A stretch of 59,194 nt of DNA from Tolypothrix carrinoi HA7290-LM1. GTDB taxonomy: Bacteria; Cyanobacteriota; Cyanobacteriia; Cyanobacteriales; Nostocaceae. Numbering within the stretch: position 1 is the stretch's first letter; the number at the start of each line of letters is the position of its first letter. Both the position numbers and the translations under genes were made by a program. Below are positions 50,469 to 59,194 of the stretch, piece after piece. The DNA is taken from NCBI GenBank assembly GCA_019358935.1, contig JAHHIK010000047.1, positions 1 to 59,194 of the forward strand. The letters run 5' to 3'. Under the pieces are notes generated by a model that saw only the letters and a list, made by a program, of their open reading frames with translations, ran no database searches and was not told the origin of the DNA.

Positions 50469-50897
50469 CTAGCTTGTCGCTGCTCGTTTCTTTCCATTCC
50501 CGTTACTGTCCACACTGGCAACAAATGACGGTTGCTGTGAACTAGAAGTTGGCGACTCGCCTCGCAGTCCCTTGCGACGTTGCGTTTTACGAACTCCTCC
50601 CGCCATGCCATACTCTACACTGCTTTTGCCATATCGAGTACCAACTCCCATCAGCATATGCTCTGTCATATCTCCCAATTGACGCTCTGTTTGGAGCATT
50701 TCACTGTATAACTTATCCAGGTGGGAAAGGGCGCTGTTGTATGCATTTTCTTGAGTTCGCATCGTCTCAATTAGAGTTGAGAAGGCAGGTAGGGTGAGTC
50801 CATTGCCCACATCTAAATTCGGATCAATTGAGCTCATACCAGCCGCACGACGCACTGCTTTTTGTAACACCGGAGAGCTTCTTTTTCTACGACTCAT
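50469..50897 (-). CDS. Hypothetical protein (helical, basic termini)
   Basis: MSRRKRSS...SIDPNLDVGNGLTL...YGKSSVEYGMAGG; AAGG RBS. Confidence 0.8.
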   Translation of the reverse strand: MSRRKRSSPVLQKAVRRAAGMSSIDPNLDVGNGLTLPAFSTLIETMRTQENAYNSALSHLDKLYSEMLQTERQLGDMTEHMLMGVGTRYGKSSVEYGMAGGVRKTQRRKGLRGESPTSSSQQPSFVASVDSNGNGKKRAATS

Positions 50898-51040
50898 GAT
50901 ATGTACCTTGTAAAATAGTACTGTTAATATTCTTTACCTTAAAGAATATCCGTATCGATCAGCCTGAGAAAATTCTGGCAAATCTGCAACAATTTTTGCT
51001 ACAAGCTATAGTTGTCATAAATGCGCGATCTACTGAAATG

Positions 51041-51335
51041 AGAAAGCATTTAAGCATTTTGAGAAAGCAAACTCCGGTTTGCTTGCTCAAAACACCAAAA
51101 TTAGAAAACAAACTCCGGTTTGCTTGCTCAAAACACCAAAATTAGAAAACAAACTCCGGTTTGCTTGCGGAAAACACCAAAATTAGAAAGCATTTAAGCA
51201 TTTTGAGAAAGCAAACTCCGGTTTGCTTGCTCAAAACACCAAAATTAGAAAGCATTTAAGCATTTTGAGAAAGCAAACTCCGGTTTGCTTGTAGAAAACA
51301 CCAAAATCAGAAAGTAATTAGGCATTTTGAGAAAG
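51041..51335. repeat. Modular tandem array (21/21/20-bp modules) with five C-TCCG-G hairpins
   Basis: CTCCGG at 51072, 51113, 51154, 51216 and 51278 (periods 41, 41, 62, 62). Confidence 0.9.
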
Positions 51336-51388
51336 ATTAATTTTGGGGGCTGCGAGATCCCCGACGAAAGGAAAAAAGGACACTTTGT

Positions 51389-51722
51389 GCGATGTCTGAC
51401 GACAAGAAGCAGAGCTTCTACGCACTTTTGATGATGGGGTTGATGTGGGCGATCGCCGGATGCTACTTTACTACAGGCGATGTAGCTGCGACAAGAAGCA
51501 GAGCTTCTACGCATTTGGTGATGATGGGTTTGATTTAGGCGATCGCCGGATGCTACTTTACTACAGGCGATGTAGCTGCGACAAGAAGCAGAGCTTCTAC
51601 GCATTTGGTGATGATAGAGTGATGTGGGCGATGTCTACTTTAAGGGGCTACTTTCTACGCACTCTGAGCAACTGTGTCAAATAAGCGATGTGTTCGCGCG
51701 ACAATAAGCAGAGTTTCTACGC
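51389..51722. repeat. HIP1-anchored modular repeat block A
   Basis: Intact or split GCGATCGC sites alternate with recurring 20-26-bp linkers; includes a 90-bp tandem duplication. Confidence 0.9.
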
Positions 51723-51841
51723 AAATTGGGCATTTATTCAGTTAAAAAGCTACCGGATAGGCTGATACAGTAAAATTATAATGATAGGCTATAGTAACTC
51801 TATTGAAGCTAAACTTACTGTATGTTGGAATTGAGGTAAAA

Positions 51842-52060
51842 ATGGAAACTACAACGAGAAAACAAGCTTTAATCAAAGCTATTTATGAGCGATTAGAACA
51901 AGCTTATGAAGATACCTTAGAAGATGTCATAGAACTTTTAGACATTCGTAAAGCAGAAGACCAAGAGGATATTAAAGCTTTACATGAAGGACGGGAAGAT
52001 ATTAAGAAAAATGGCACTATTCCCTGGGAACAAGTTAAACGAGAATTAGCCAGTGAATAA
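51842..52060 (+). CDS. Putative antitoxin of the RelE toxin
   Basis: GAGG RBS; ends GTIPWEQVKRELASE; overlaps relE. Confidence 0.8.
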   Translation: METTTRKQALIKAIYERLEQAYEDTLEDVIELLDIRKAEDQEDIKALHEGREDIKKNGTIPWEQVKRELASE

Positions 52061-52319
52061 ATATAAAATTGAATTTTCTAATGCTGCATCTAAACAACTC
52101 AAAAAATTACCTATAAAAGTACGGACAAAGATACAAACAAAAATTGATGATCTAGCTGATAATCCCCGTCCTAACGGGGTTGTTAAGCTAGAAGATTCGG
52201 ACAATGGTTATCGAATCCGAGTCGGCAATTACCGAGTTATATACGATATTTTTGATGATGTGTTAGTAGTTAGTGTTGTGAAAGTAGGGCATCGTAAAGA
52301 GGTTTACCGCGACGAGTAA
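52053..52319 (+). CDS. relE: RelE/ParE-family toxin
   Basis: ASKQLKKLP, NPRPNG, YRIRVGNYRVIY, VGHRKEVYR. Confidence 0.92.
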   Translation: MNKYKIEFSNAASKQLKKLPIKVRTKIQTKIDDLADNPRPNGVVKLEDSDNGYRIRVGNYRVIYDIFDDVLVVSVVKVGHRKEVYRDE

Positions 52320-52371
52320 GACGGCAACACTAACAGCAGGAGAAAAGCTGTATATTTATACTCTCATAAAG

Positions 52372-52490
52372 GCGATGTAGCAGCGACAAGAAGCGTAGCT
52401 CTCTACGCACTTTTGATGATGGAGTGATGTGGGCGATCGCCGGATGCTACTTTACTACGGGCGATCGCTTTTGGTGATGTGGGCGATCGC
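52372..52490. repeat. HIP1-anchored modular repeat block B
   Basis: Same linkers as block A (GATGATGG...GATGTGG, CGGATGCTACTTTACTAC). Confidence 0.9.
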
Positions 52491-52541
52491 ATCTTAAGCC
52501 TAACTATAATTAATACTACAAAGAATCTGGAGGTCAGAACA

Positions 52542-52931
52542 ATGCAATATCAGGTATTTGTTAGGAGTCGATCCGAAAGCCACTTCGTTGCATCTGTTGT
52601 GGGAATGCCAAATTTAACAGTTGAGGGTAGAACGGAAGAAGAAGCGATGCCTGCGGCAACCCCTGCGGGGAACGCCAAGGCAAAAGCTTCCCTGAAATCC
52701 CAATTAGCAACGGGTAAGTTTGTGACGATTGAGGTGAATCTAGAAGATGGGTTGAATGAAACTGTATCTCAAGTAGAGAAGCCATTTTTTGAAACCGCAA
52801 CGGATGAAGAATGGGAAGCAGCACTCATGGATTTGGCAAATAGTTCCTTTTTTCGCAAAACACCGCCTCTTTCAGACGAAGCCATCAACCGCGAGAGTAT
52901 TTATGGTGAAAGAGAAGATAGCCAATTATGA
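52542..52931 (+). CDS. Putative antitoxin with HicB-like N-terminus
   Basis: FVASVVGMPNLTVEGRTEEEA; C-terminal PLSDEAINRESIY; ATGA overlap with the PIN gene. Confidence 0.75.
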   Translation: MQYQVFVRSRSESHFVASVVGMPNLTVEGRTEEEAMPAATPAGNAKAKASLKSQLATGKFVTIEVNLEDGLNETVSQVEKPFFETATDEEWEAALMDLANSSFFRKTPPLSDEAINRESIYGEREDSQL

Positions 52932-53379
52932 GTTATCTAATCGATACAAACGTTCTATTGCGTGTAGTACAGAAGAATAGTCCCATGCATACTGACGCTC
53001 GTAGAGCGTTTGTCACATTGCGGAAACAAAGTGAAAAGCTTTGTATTATTCCCCAGAATGTGCCTATCGTTTTGGGCAGTTGCAACACGTCCTTTGGCAA
53101 GTAATGGCTTAGGCTTGACGACAGATGAAGCAGAAAAAGCGGTTAAGAAACTAAAACGGATTTTTATATTATTTCCCGATACTCCAGTAATTTTTACTGT
53201 ATGGTAAAATTTGGTAACTAAGTATCAAGTTATGGGTAAACAGGCACACGATACGCGGTTAGTTGCTGCCATGATTGCTCACGAAATGACACATATCTTG
53301 ACCTTTAACACGGATGACTTTAAGCGGTTTTCCGAAATTACTGCTGTAGGTTCCAAGAACTATCGTACCACCAGCATAA
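52928..53379 (+). pseudogene. vapC: VapC/PIN toxin with frameshift(s) and a nonsense codon
   Basis: MSYLIDTNVLLR; frameshift near 53060; TAA at 53205-53207; HDTRLVAAM...TFNTDDF; probable further shift near 53350. Confidence 0.85.
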
Positions 53380-53401
53380 TTAGCGCTCACTATCGCTTCA
53401 T

Positions 53402-53522
53402 GCGATCGCACTCTGAGCAATTGTGTCAAATCTGCGATCGCATTTCTGATGATGGGGTTGATTTAGGCGATCGCCTCTGGTGGGCACTCTGTGTGATCGC
53501 ACTCTTGTTAATTGTGTCAAAT
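53402..53522. repeat. HIP1-anchored modular repeat block C
   Basis: GCGATCGC-ACTCTGAGCAATTGTGTCAAATCT-GCGATCGC-ATTTCTGATGATGGGGTTGATTTAG-GCGATCGC. Confidence 0.9.
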
Positions 53523-53534
53523 AGGAATAAAGAT

Positions 53535-53930
53535 TCAACTAAATGGATTCAATGTGGATATACCACAACCCTCAAAATCTTTAATATTTCTAGTAACAAG
53601 TGTCAAAGAATGTATTTTAGCTATTGCCGCGATAAATATATCAGCTTGTGTTCGCGGTTTACCTTGAGTTCTCAAAAAGCCTCTCAATTCACCCGCACAC
53701 TTGGCAATTTCTGAGGTGATGGGGAGAATTTGACAGTGAGTGAAGAGAAAGTTTTCAAACCAGTTTTGGATTCTAGCATTAGGCTTGGCTGTTAAACCAT
53801 AATAAATTTCTTCAATTGTAATAACACTTAAGTTAAGAGATGTCACAGTATCGATCCATGCTGTCACCCCTGAATTTGGCATTGGGCGAGTTAATTCACT
53901 AATAATATTCGTGTCACAAAGATAACTCAT
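53535..53930 (-). CDS. vapC: VapC/PIN toxin (intact)
   Basis: MSYLCDTNIISE, ADIFIAAIA, LVTRNIKDF. Confidence 0.92.
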   Translation of the reverse strand: MSYLCDTNIISELTRPMPNSGVTAWIDTVTSLNLSVITIEEIYYGLTAKPNARIQNWFENFLFTHCQILPITSEIAKCAGELRGFLRTQGKPRTQADIFIAAIAKIHSLTLVTRNIKDFEGCGISTLNPFS

Positions 53931-53931
53931 C

Positions 53932-54204
53932 CTAGTCTTCCGTAAAAGGATTGTCACGGTCGCTTCGTGGTGGTATCTCTAAGCTATAATTTTCTTCGGT
54001 ACATAACTGCTGAAGTTCTTTAAAGACTTGAGCAAGAGATGTTTTTGCAGTTTTTTGCCGCCAGTCTAAAAATTCTTTAAAAAGCTCAGGGTTTACAATT
54101 GCAGCAACTAGTTCCTCTTGAGTATAAATTAGCTGAGGTTCAAGACTTGTGGCATTAATTATGGAAGGTAGCTGTTTTTTGGCTTCTTCAAGTGTCCATT
54201 TCAT
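53932..54204 (-). CDS. Phd/YefM-like antitoxin
   Basis: MKWTLEEAKKQLPSIINAT...EPQLI; directly upstream of vapC. Confidence 0.8.
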   Translation of the reverse strand: MKWTLEEAKKQLPSIINATSLEPQLIYTQEELVAAIVNPELFKEFLDWRQKTAKTSLAQVFKELQQLCTEENYSLEIPPRSDRDNPFTED

Positions 54205-54273
54205 TCTAAAAATCTCCAAGTTTTGGAAGCATTGAATTATAGAGGCTGTTCTCAAGTTAGCTTATTTTCCCAA

Positions 54274-54660
54274 GCGATCGCACTCTTAGCCACTGTGTCA
54301 AATCTGCGATCGCACTTTTGGTGATGGGGTTAATTTAGGCGATGTCTGGCGACAAGAAGCAGAGCTTCTACGCACTTCTGGTTATGGGGTTGATGTAGGC
54401 GATGTCTGGCGACAAGAAGCAGAGCTTCTACGCACTTTTGATGATGGGGTTAATGAGGCGATCGCTTTGTTTACGAAAGGCTTAAGTTGAAATTAACTTG
54501 CTAAAGTTGCTTTGTGTCAAAGCGATCGCACTCTTCGCAACTGTGTCAAATCAGCGATCGCATTTCTGGTGATGGGTTTGATATGGGCGATCGCTGTTGT
54601 TTGTTTTTGAAACGCTTAAGTTGAAAATAAGTTGAAAATAACTTGCCAAAGTTGCCTGGT
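54274..54660. repeat. HIP1-anchored modular repeat block D
   Basis: Same linkers as blocks A-C, a 60-bp tandem duplication, and a twice-repeated GCTTAAGTTGAAA...AACTTGC.AAAGTTGC. Confidence 0.9.
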
Positions 54661-54805
54661 GTAAGTAGAGGAAAGTAGGCAAACTGGAACATGTAACAAG
54701 TACATCGCACTTTACAAATAACTCGTTACCTCGACTTTATCCATGTTTCCTCCTGAATGATTAATTTTTAAAGTGCGTAATTCCTAAAACTTTGGAGTAC
54801 ATATT

Positions 54806-55132
54806 ATGGGTTTATTCACTGATTTAATTAACGGGATTTTCTCACTCCTACCAGACTTTGTTGAAGACAACCTAGAAGACAAAATTCCTTTTCATACCGA
54901 AGATGGTAAATTAACGGTAAGCGATTGGGATGCGAATAAGGATAATCAGATAAACCCTACAGATGGTTACATCCACAGGAATGTTGATAGTTTAGGCGAT
55001 TTGAAAAAAAAATTAATGAAATTTGATGATGCAGGAGACATAACAGACAAGCTAGGTGAGTTAACAAATAAAGCGGATGATGTAAAAAACGTAGTGAGTG
55101 ACATATTTGATGCTATCAATAAGCTGAAGTGA
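54806..55132 (+). CDS. Acidic hypothetical protein, possible EF-hand-like loop
   Basis: GGAG RBS; DANKDNQINPTD. Confidence 0.7.
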   Translation: MGLFTDLINGIFSLLPDFVEDNLEDKIPFHTEDGKLTVSDWDANKDNQINPTDGYIHRNVDSLGDLKKKLMKFDDAGDITDKLGELTNKADDVKNVVSDIFDAINKLK

Positions 55133-55363
55133 AAAGTATTATCCTGAAAAATAGTTAAACTCTTTCAAAGTGAACTATAACTTTTGGATAAAATAGAAGG
55201 TTTGTTCGCTAACTATTTACGCGAACAAACTTGTCATTACCCTTACTGATGATTTTTAGCATCTTACGGTTCAGTTAAAGCTTAAAATCCGAACTTGATG
55301 CGCGAATTAAGCAATTTGTAAAAAAAATGGTGTTACAAAGAAAAATATAAATTAGGAAAAATC

Positions 55364-55762
55364 ATGAAGAATAATATTAAGTATGCCACAATCATTTATA
55401 TATTAACAATAGCTTTATCAGGCTGTACTGCTATAGACGATATTTTTAAAGCAGGTTCTAAAAATGCTGATACTTTGGTACAGCAGGGTTCCAGAAATGC
55501 TGATACTGTGGTACAGCAGGGTTCTATAAACGCAATAAAAAATAGATTGGATCAAAAATGCCTTCAACAATTTCGCAAAAGTCGTAGAGCGGAGTTAGTT
55601 CGTGACTTATTTAATGGTCAATCATCTGAAGATTATCTAATTCGTGCAACTAGAGATGCACTACAAAAATGTATCTTAGGAAAAGTTGCTGATTCCATAT
55701 TAGACAAATTGGTACAGGAAGAGATAGAAACAGCTAAAACTGAATATAAACCACACTTATAA
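55364..55762 (+). CDS. Putative lipoprotein
   Basis: Lipobox LSGC; internal 11-aa repeat GS(K/R)NADT(L/V)VQQ. Confidence 0.75.
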   Translation: MKNNIKYATIIYILTIALSGCTAIDDIFKAGSKNADTLVQQGSRNADTVVQQGSINAIKNRLDQKCLQQFRKSRRAELVRDLFNGQSSEDYLIRATRDALQKCILGKVADSILDKLVQEEIETAKTEYKPHL

Positions 55763-55911
55763 CCTGTTACCCCCAATCATTAAGTGTAAGGAAATTCCGT
55801 TTTAGTTGTGTTACCCAACTTTCTAGGGAGTTAAGGCGATCGCAACACAAATTGCTCTAATTGTATCGGCAACCAAATGTACCGGTGATAAATGCGTGGT
55901 AACAATAAAAC

Positions 55912-57713
55912 CTACCCGACACCATCCACCGCCCCCAAAGCCAAGAGTGCCGATCGCTGCGCCGCTGTTAACCCAGTCACCCCCCTGATGTTCATCCCTT
56001 CATAAAGGCGATCTACATTCAGGGTTTTAATGCACTCAAGAGTTTCCATATCCCAAAGCTTAATCACATCATCATGACTAGTATTAGCCAAGATGTTACC
56101 CAGAGAATTAAAACTAACAGAACATTTTCCACTAATATGACTATGCAAGACTCTAACACAGGTAAATTTATTGATATCCCATAAGCGAATTGTTTGGTCA
56201 GAACTGGCGGATGCCAAGGTGCAACCATCAGGACTAAAACTGACTGACCATACAGTAGTACTATGTCCTTGCAACACTTTTACGCAAGTAAAGTGACTGG
56301 TATCCCACAATCGAATTGAGCGATCGATACTACCAGTAGCGAGTATTTTAGCATCTGGACTAAAACTCAATCTAATTCTTGACAAACTTGTTTAACCAAT
56401 CGCTGGGTGGTATATTCCATCACGACTGGTTGCAGAAAGAAATGCTCACCGCTTTTTTCAATTAATGACCTTTGCAATAGAGATTTAATTGCTGAAGGTA
56501 CGAGACGCTGGGAAGAAGATGTGACTATATCAGCAACTAACTCGTCAAGGGATACTGGCTCTCGATTAATGCAGGTCCAGTACATTACTTCCTTTTCTAC
56601 TGCTGACAAATGGTAGAACTGCCGTTCTAACAAGTCGCGGATGTCGTCAAAAATTAGTATCCCCTGTTCCATATACTCCAAAACAGGGGCAATCTTACCA
56701 TTGAAAAGCTCTTGGGTTCCGGCTGCTACCATCTTGAGCGCTAAGGGATTACCGCCATAATGGTTGATGAGTTCTTGCCATTCTCGTTCTGTACCCGTGA
56801 ATTGTCCTTTTTGCTGAAATAACTGTTGCCCCTCGGTAGAATTTAATCCCTTTAATGGGAGCGATCGCACTCCTGTTCTGTCTCCTTCTAACGCTACCAT
56901 TTCTCTGGGTTTTTCTCTAGAAGTGAACAGAACACAACTATTATGGGGTACTTCACCAACACGCTTCAGTAATTGACCATATCCTTCGTAGCCAGGACGA
57001 CATTGCCCTGCTTGCCCACCACCAGATAAAATTGTCTCCACATTGTCTAAAATCAGCAGACAACGGTTATTTATCAAACATTCCATCAGCTGCGATACTT
57101 TTTCATCAAAACTTTCTAGTATCACCATCTCCTTTCGCAACGCCCACAGCAAAAATTGCAGTATGCTTGTTAATTGTGCCTCCACTGGTGGTGCATTTTG
57201 CAGACTCCGCCAAACCACTACCTCAAATTCGCCTTGAATTTGCAGCCCTAATTTTACTGCTAAACTGCTTTTGCCAATACCACCAATTCCCAGCAGTCCG
57301 ACTAAACGACACCGTTCTTCTAACACCCACTGCCGTAATTGCACTAGTTCCTCTGAGCGACCATAAAATACAGATACATCCGGTGCTTCACCCCAGTCAT
57401 ACTGAGGATTGGCGTGTCTCACTTCCAAATCGTCAGGGGGGCTTGGTCGGGTATAATCGCTTTTACACAACTCCAAATTAAAGGCAGCGAAAGCAGACTG
57501 CAAGGAACTTTTATCTACGGGTTCCAAGCGTGCCAAAATTCTAGATATAGTGTGTAGAGCTAAACGGGTGCGATCGCTCAGTTCTTCTAAAGAAAAGCTG
57601 TCTCCAGCATTATCATCAAATTCGGCTTCTATTTTGGCAGCTTGAAATTTATCCCAGCCTTTGAGCGTGAGGATAACACCCCGCCTGCGTCTGCTTGGTT
57701 GCTGTTTCATCAA
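55912..57713 (-). pseudogene. NB-ARC (STAND NTPase)-WD40 gene with an internal deletion and frameshift
   Basis: DWGEAPD, Walker A GIGGIGKS, LLILDNVE, GNPLAL; stop at 56367 joins out of frame to only about 3 WD40 repeats and the YEGMNI...LGA tail. Confidence 0.85.
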
Positions 57714-57986
57714 CGTTACCTAAAACGGAGTAGATGCATTTCAATAAAGGAAAATAGAAGGAGATGGTTGTGAAACAAAAATTTTAGCTTGACAAATTAA
57801 ATAAAATGTGATTCAAGCATATTTATTCGAGCTAACTCTTTTATTTAACCTACAATTTACTACTCATCTGCACCATATCCAACTTATCCAGGCTATTAAG
57901 GAGCCATATTCACGTTAATTTAGGAATTTTGAATTGGCGCATGTAGTATAGTTATAATACAAAAACATTTAACTAGAGGCAAAAAA

Positions 57987-59007
57987 TGAACCACCTGGAC
58001 TTCTAAAACCGGACTTGACGAACCCGGCAAATGGCATTCATGTCATAAATCTTATCGTCTACAAAATAGCCGAAGTTCTTCAAGCGTCCGGATATCCAGA
58101 ACCAACAATTTGGCAATCTTCTCCCATCACCACAGTTGCCAATAACTTCGACAAGCTTTATATCCCTGCTGAAAGTTTGTCTCGTTCCCCGAAATACACG
58201 CGCTACCTTAGCGATGGTAGGCTGTTAAGAACTCACACCAGCGCAATCATACCAGAGTTACTTCCCCATTTAAAGGGGGAACAACTCATCATACACCCAG
58301 GTATCTGTTATCGCCGCGATGTGGTGGATAAGCGTCATGTGGGTGAACCGCATCAAATGGATGTTTGGTTGATAAACCCGTGTAACGTCTCTAAAGTTAA
58401 ATTCATCGAAAGCATTCTTTATGCAGTTCTTCCAGGTGTAACTTACCGCTTAAATGAAACCGCGCACCCCTACACTCGCAACGGTGTAGAAATTGAGGTT
58501 TTAGTTAATGGTAACTGGCTAGAAGTCGGAGAATGTGGGGAAATTTACCCAGATTTACTGCAACCAGGTTACAACGGTTTAGCATCAGGTTGGGGATTAG
58601 ATCGTTTAGCCATGTTAATAAAAGGGATAGATGACATTCGCTTACTGCGAAGCACCCATCCCCAAATTGCTAACCAGATGACGAACCTGGAACCCTATTG
58701 TTTGGTGTCCAATCAACCCAATATCAACCAAGATATGTCAATTGTCACCGGGAGAGATACTGAATTAGAAGACATCTGCGAAAAGATACTTGAGGCGTTG
58801 GGTAATAATGCTGAACTATTAGAGTCAGTGGAATCCCCAGACTTCAACTGGCACATTGTTAAGCTCTCCGGCGGGGTAAAAACGCACTACAAACTCAACG
58901 AGTTATCAGCCGCCCTGCTTGTCACATACGACTTACGACTGGCACAACGCTTAACAGTTCTTTACAGTGAATCCCCAGAGCGCTTATTTGCCTCAGGTAG
59001 CAATTGA
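57987..59007 (+). pseudogene. PheS-related monomeric ligase paralog (SrmL-like), apparently damaged at both ends
   Basis: NFDKL, LLRTHTSA, GICYRRD, HQMD, HPYT, EVGECG, GWGLDRLAM, DDIRLL; RBS-linked ATG 57987 is out of frame with the TTG 58015 ORF; similarity appears to end near 58833. Confidence 0.65.
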
Positions 59008-59144
59008 CCTAAATATCCACCCACACCAACTTTCGCCAAATCCCCAAAGGTAGGGCGGAAGTTATGGTCTGCGATCGCCAACACTAAAGCCCCAATTACC
59101 AAAATAATTACGACCACGGATCTAACGGTGAGACGTGACAGCAT
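58962..59144 (-). CDS. Small membrane protein
   Basis: GAGGG RBS; MLSRLTVRSVVVIILVIGALVLAIAD hydrophobic helix. Confidence 0.6.
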   Translation of the reverse strand: MLSRLTVRSVVVIILVIGALVLAIADHNFRPTFGDLAKVGVGGYLGQLLPEANKRSGDSL

Positions 59145-59194
59145 TTTAACCCTCATCGATGTGTGAAAAATGCTTTAGTTGCAGTTTGAGTTCT

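Noticed and set aside
51389..54660. CRISPR array or classical integron
   Set aside because: Linkers recur rather than being unique; no cas genes, no intI, and no attC R-box structure recognised.

Overview
Chromosomal window from a heterocyst-forming (Nostocales-type) cyanobacterium, inferred from dense HIP1 octamers (GCGATCGC), STRR heptamer tracts (CCCCATT/CCCCAGT) and a CAAD-bearing ValRS. Core genes include a delta-9 desaturase divergent from a TetR regulator, argZ/agrE, a partial polysaccharide cluster, ycf51, an ars operon, hisG, valS and scattered amino-sugar/muropeptide recycling genes. These are interleaved with many very small repeats, several inserted in frame inside genes. The most unusual features: (1) at 51.4-54.6 kb, three toxin-antitoxin cassettes each bounded by blocks of the same HIP1-anchored modular repeat, like a cassette array with no local integrase; (2) a GxxExxY nuclease-like gene bracketed by inverted copies of a repeat that also occurs alone elsewhere in the window; (3) a TetR fused to a degenerate tyrosine-recombinase domain, with twin palindromic operators; (4) an Rpn-family gene followed by a duplicate of its C-terminal part that keeps an internal ribosome-binding site and start; (5) two hairpin-bearing tandem arrays built from ~21-bp modules; (6) three of four VapC toxins inactivated while their antitoxin ORFs stay open. 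Several deletion scars are also visible. I recognised no rRNA, tRNA or CRISPR array. All family assignments come from motif recognition by eye, not from database searches.
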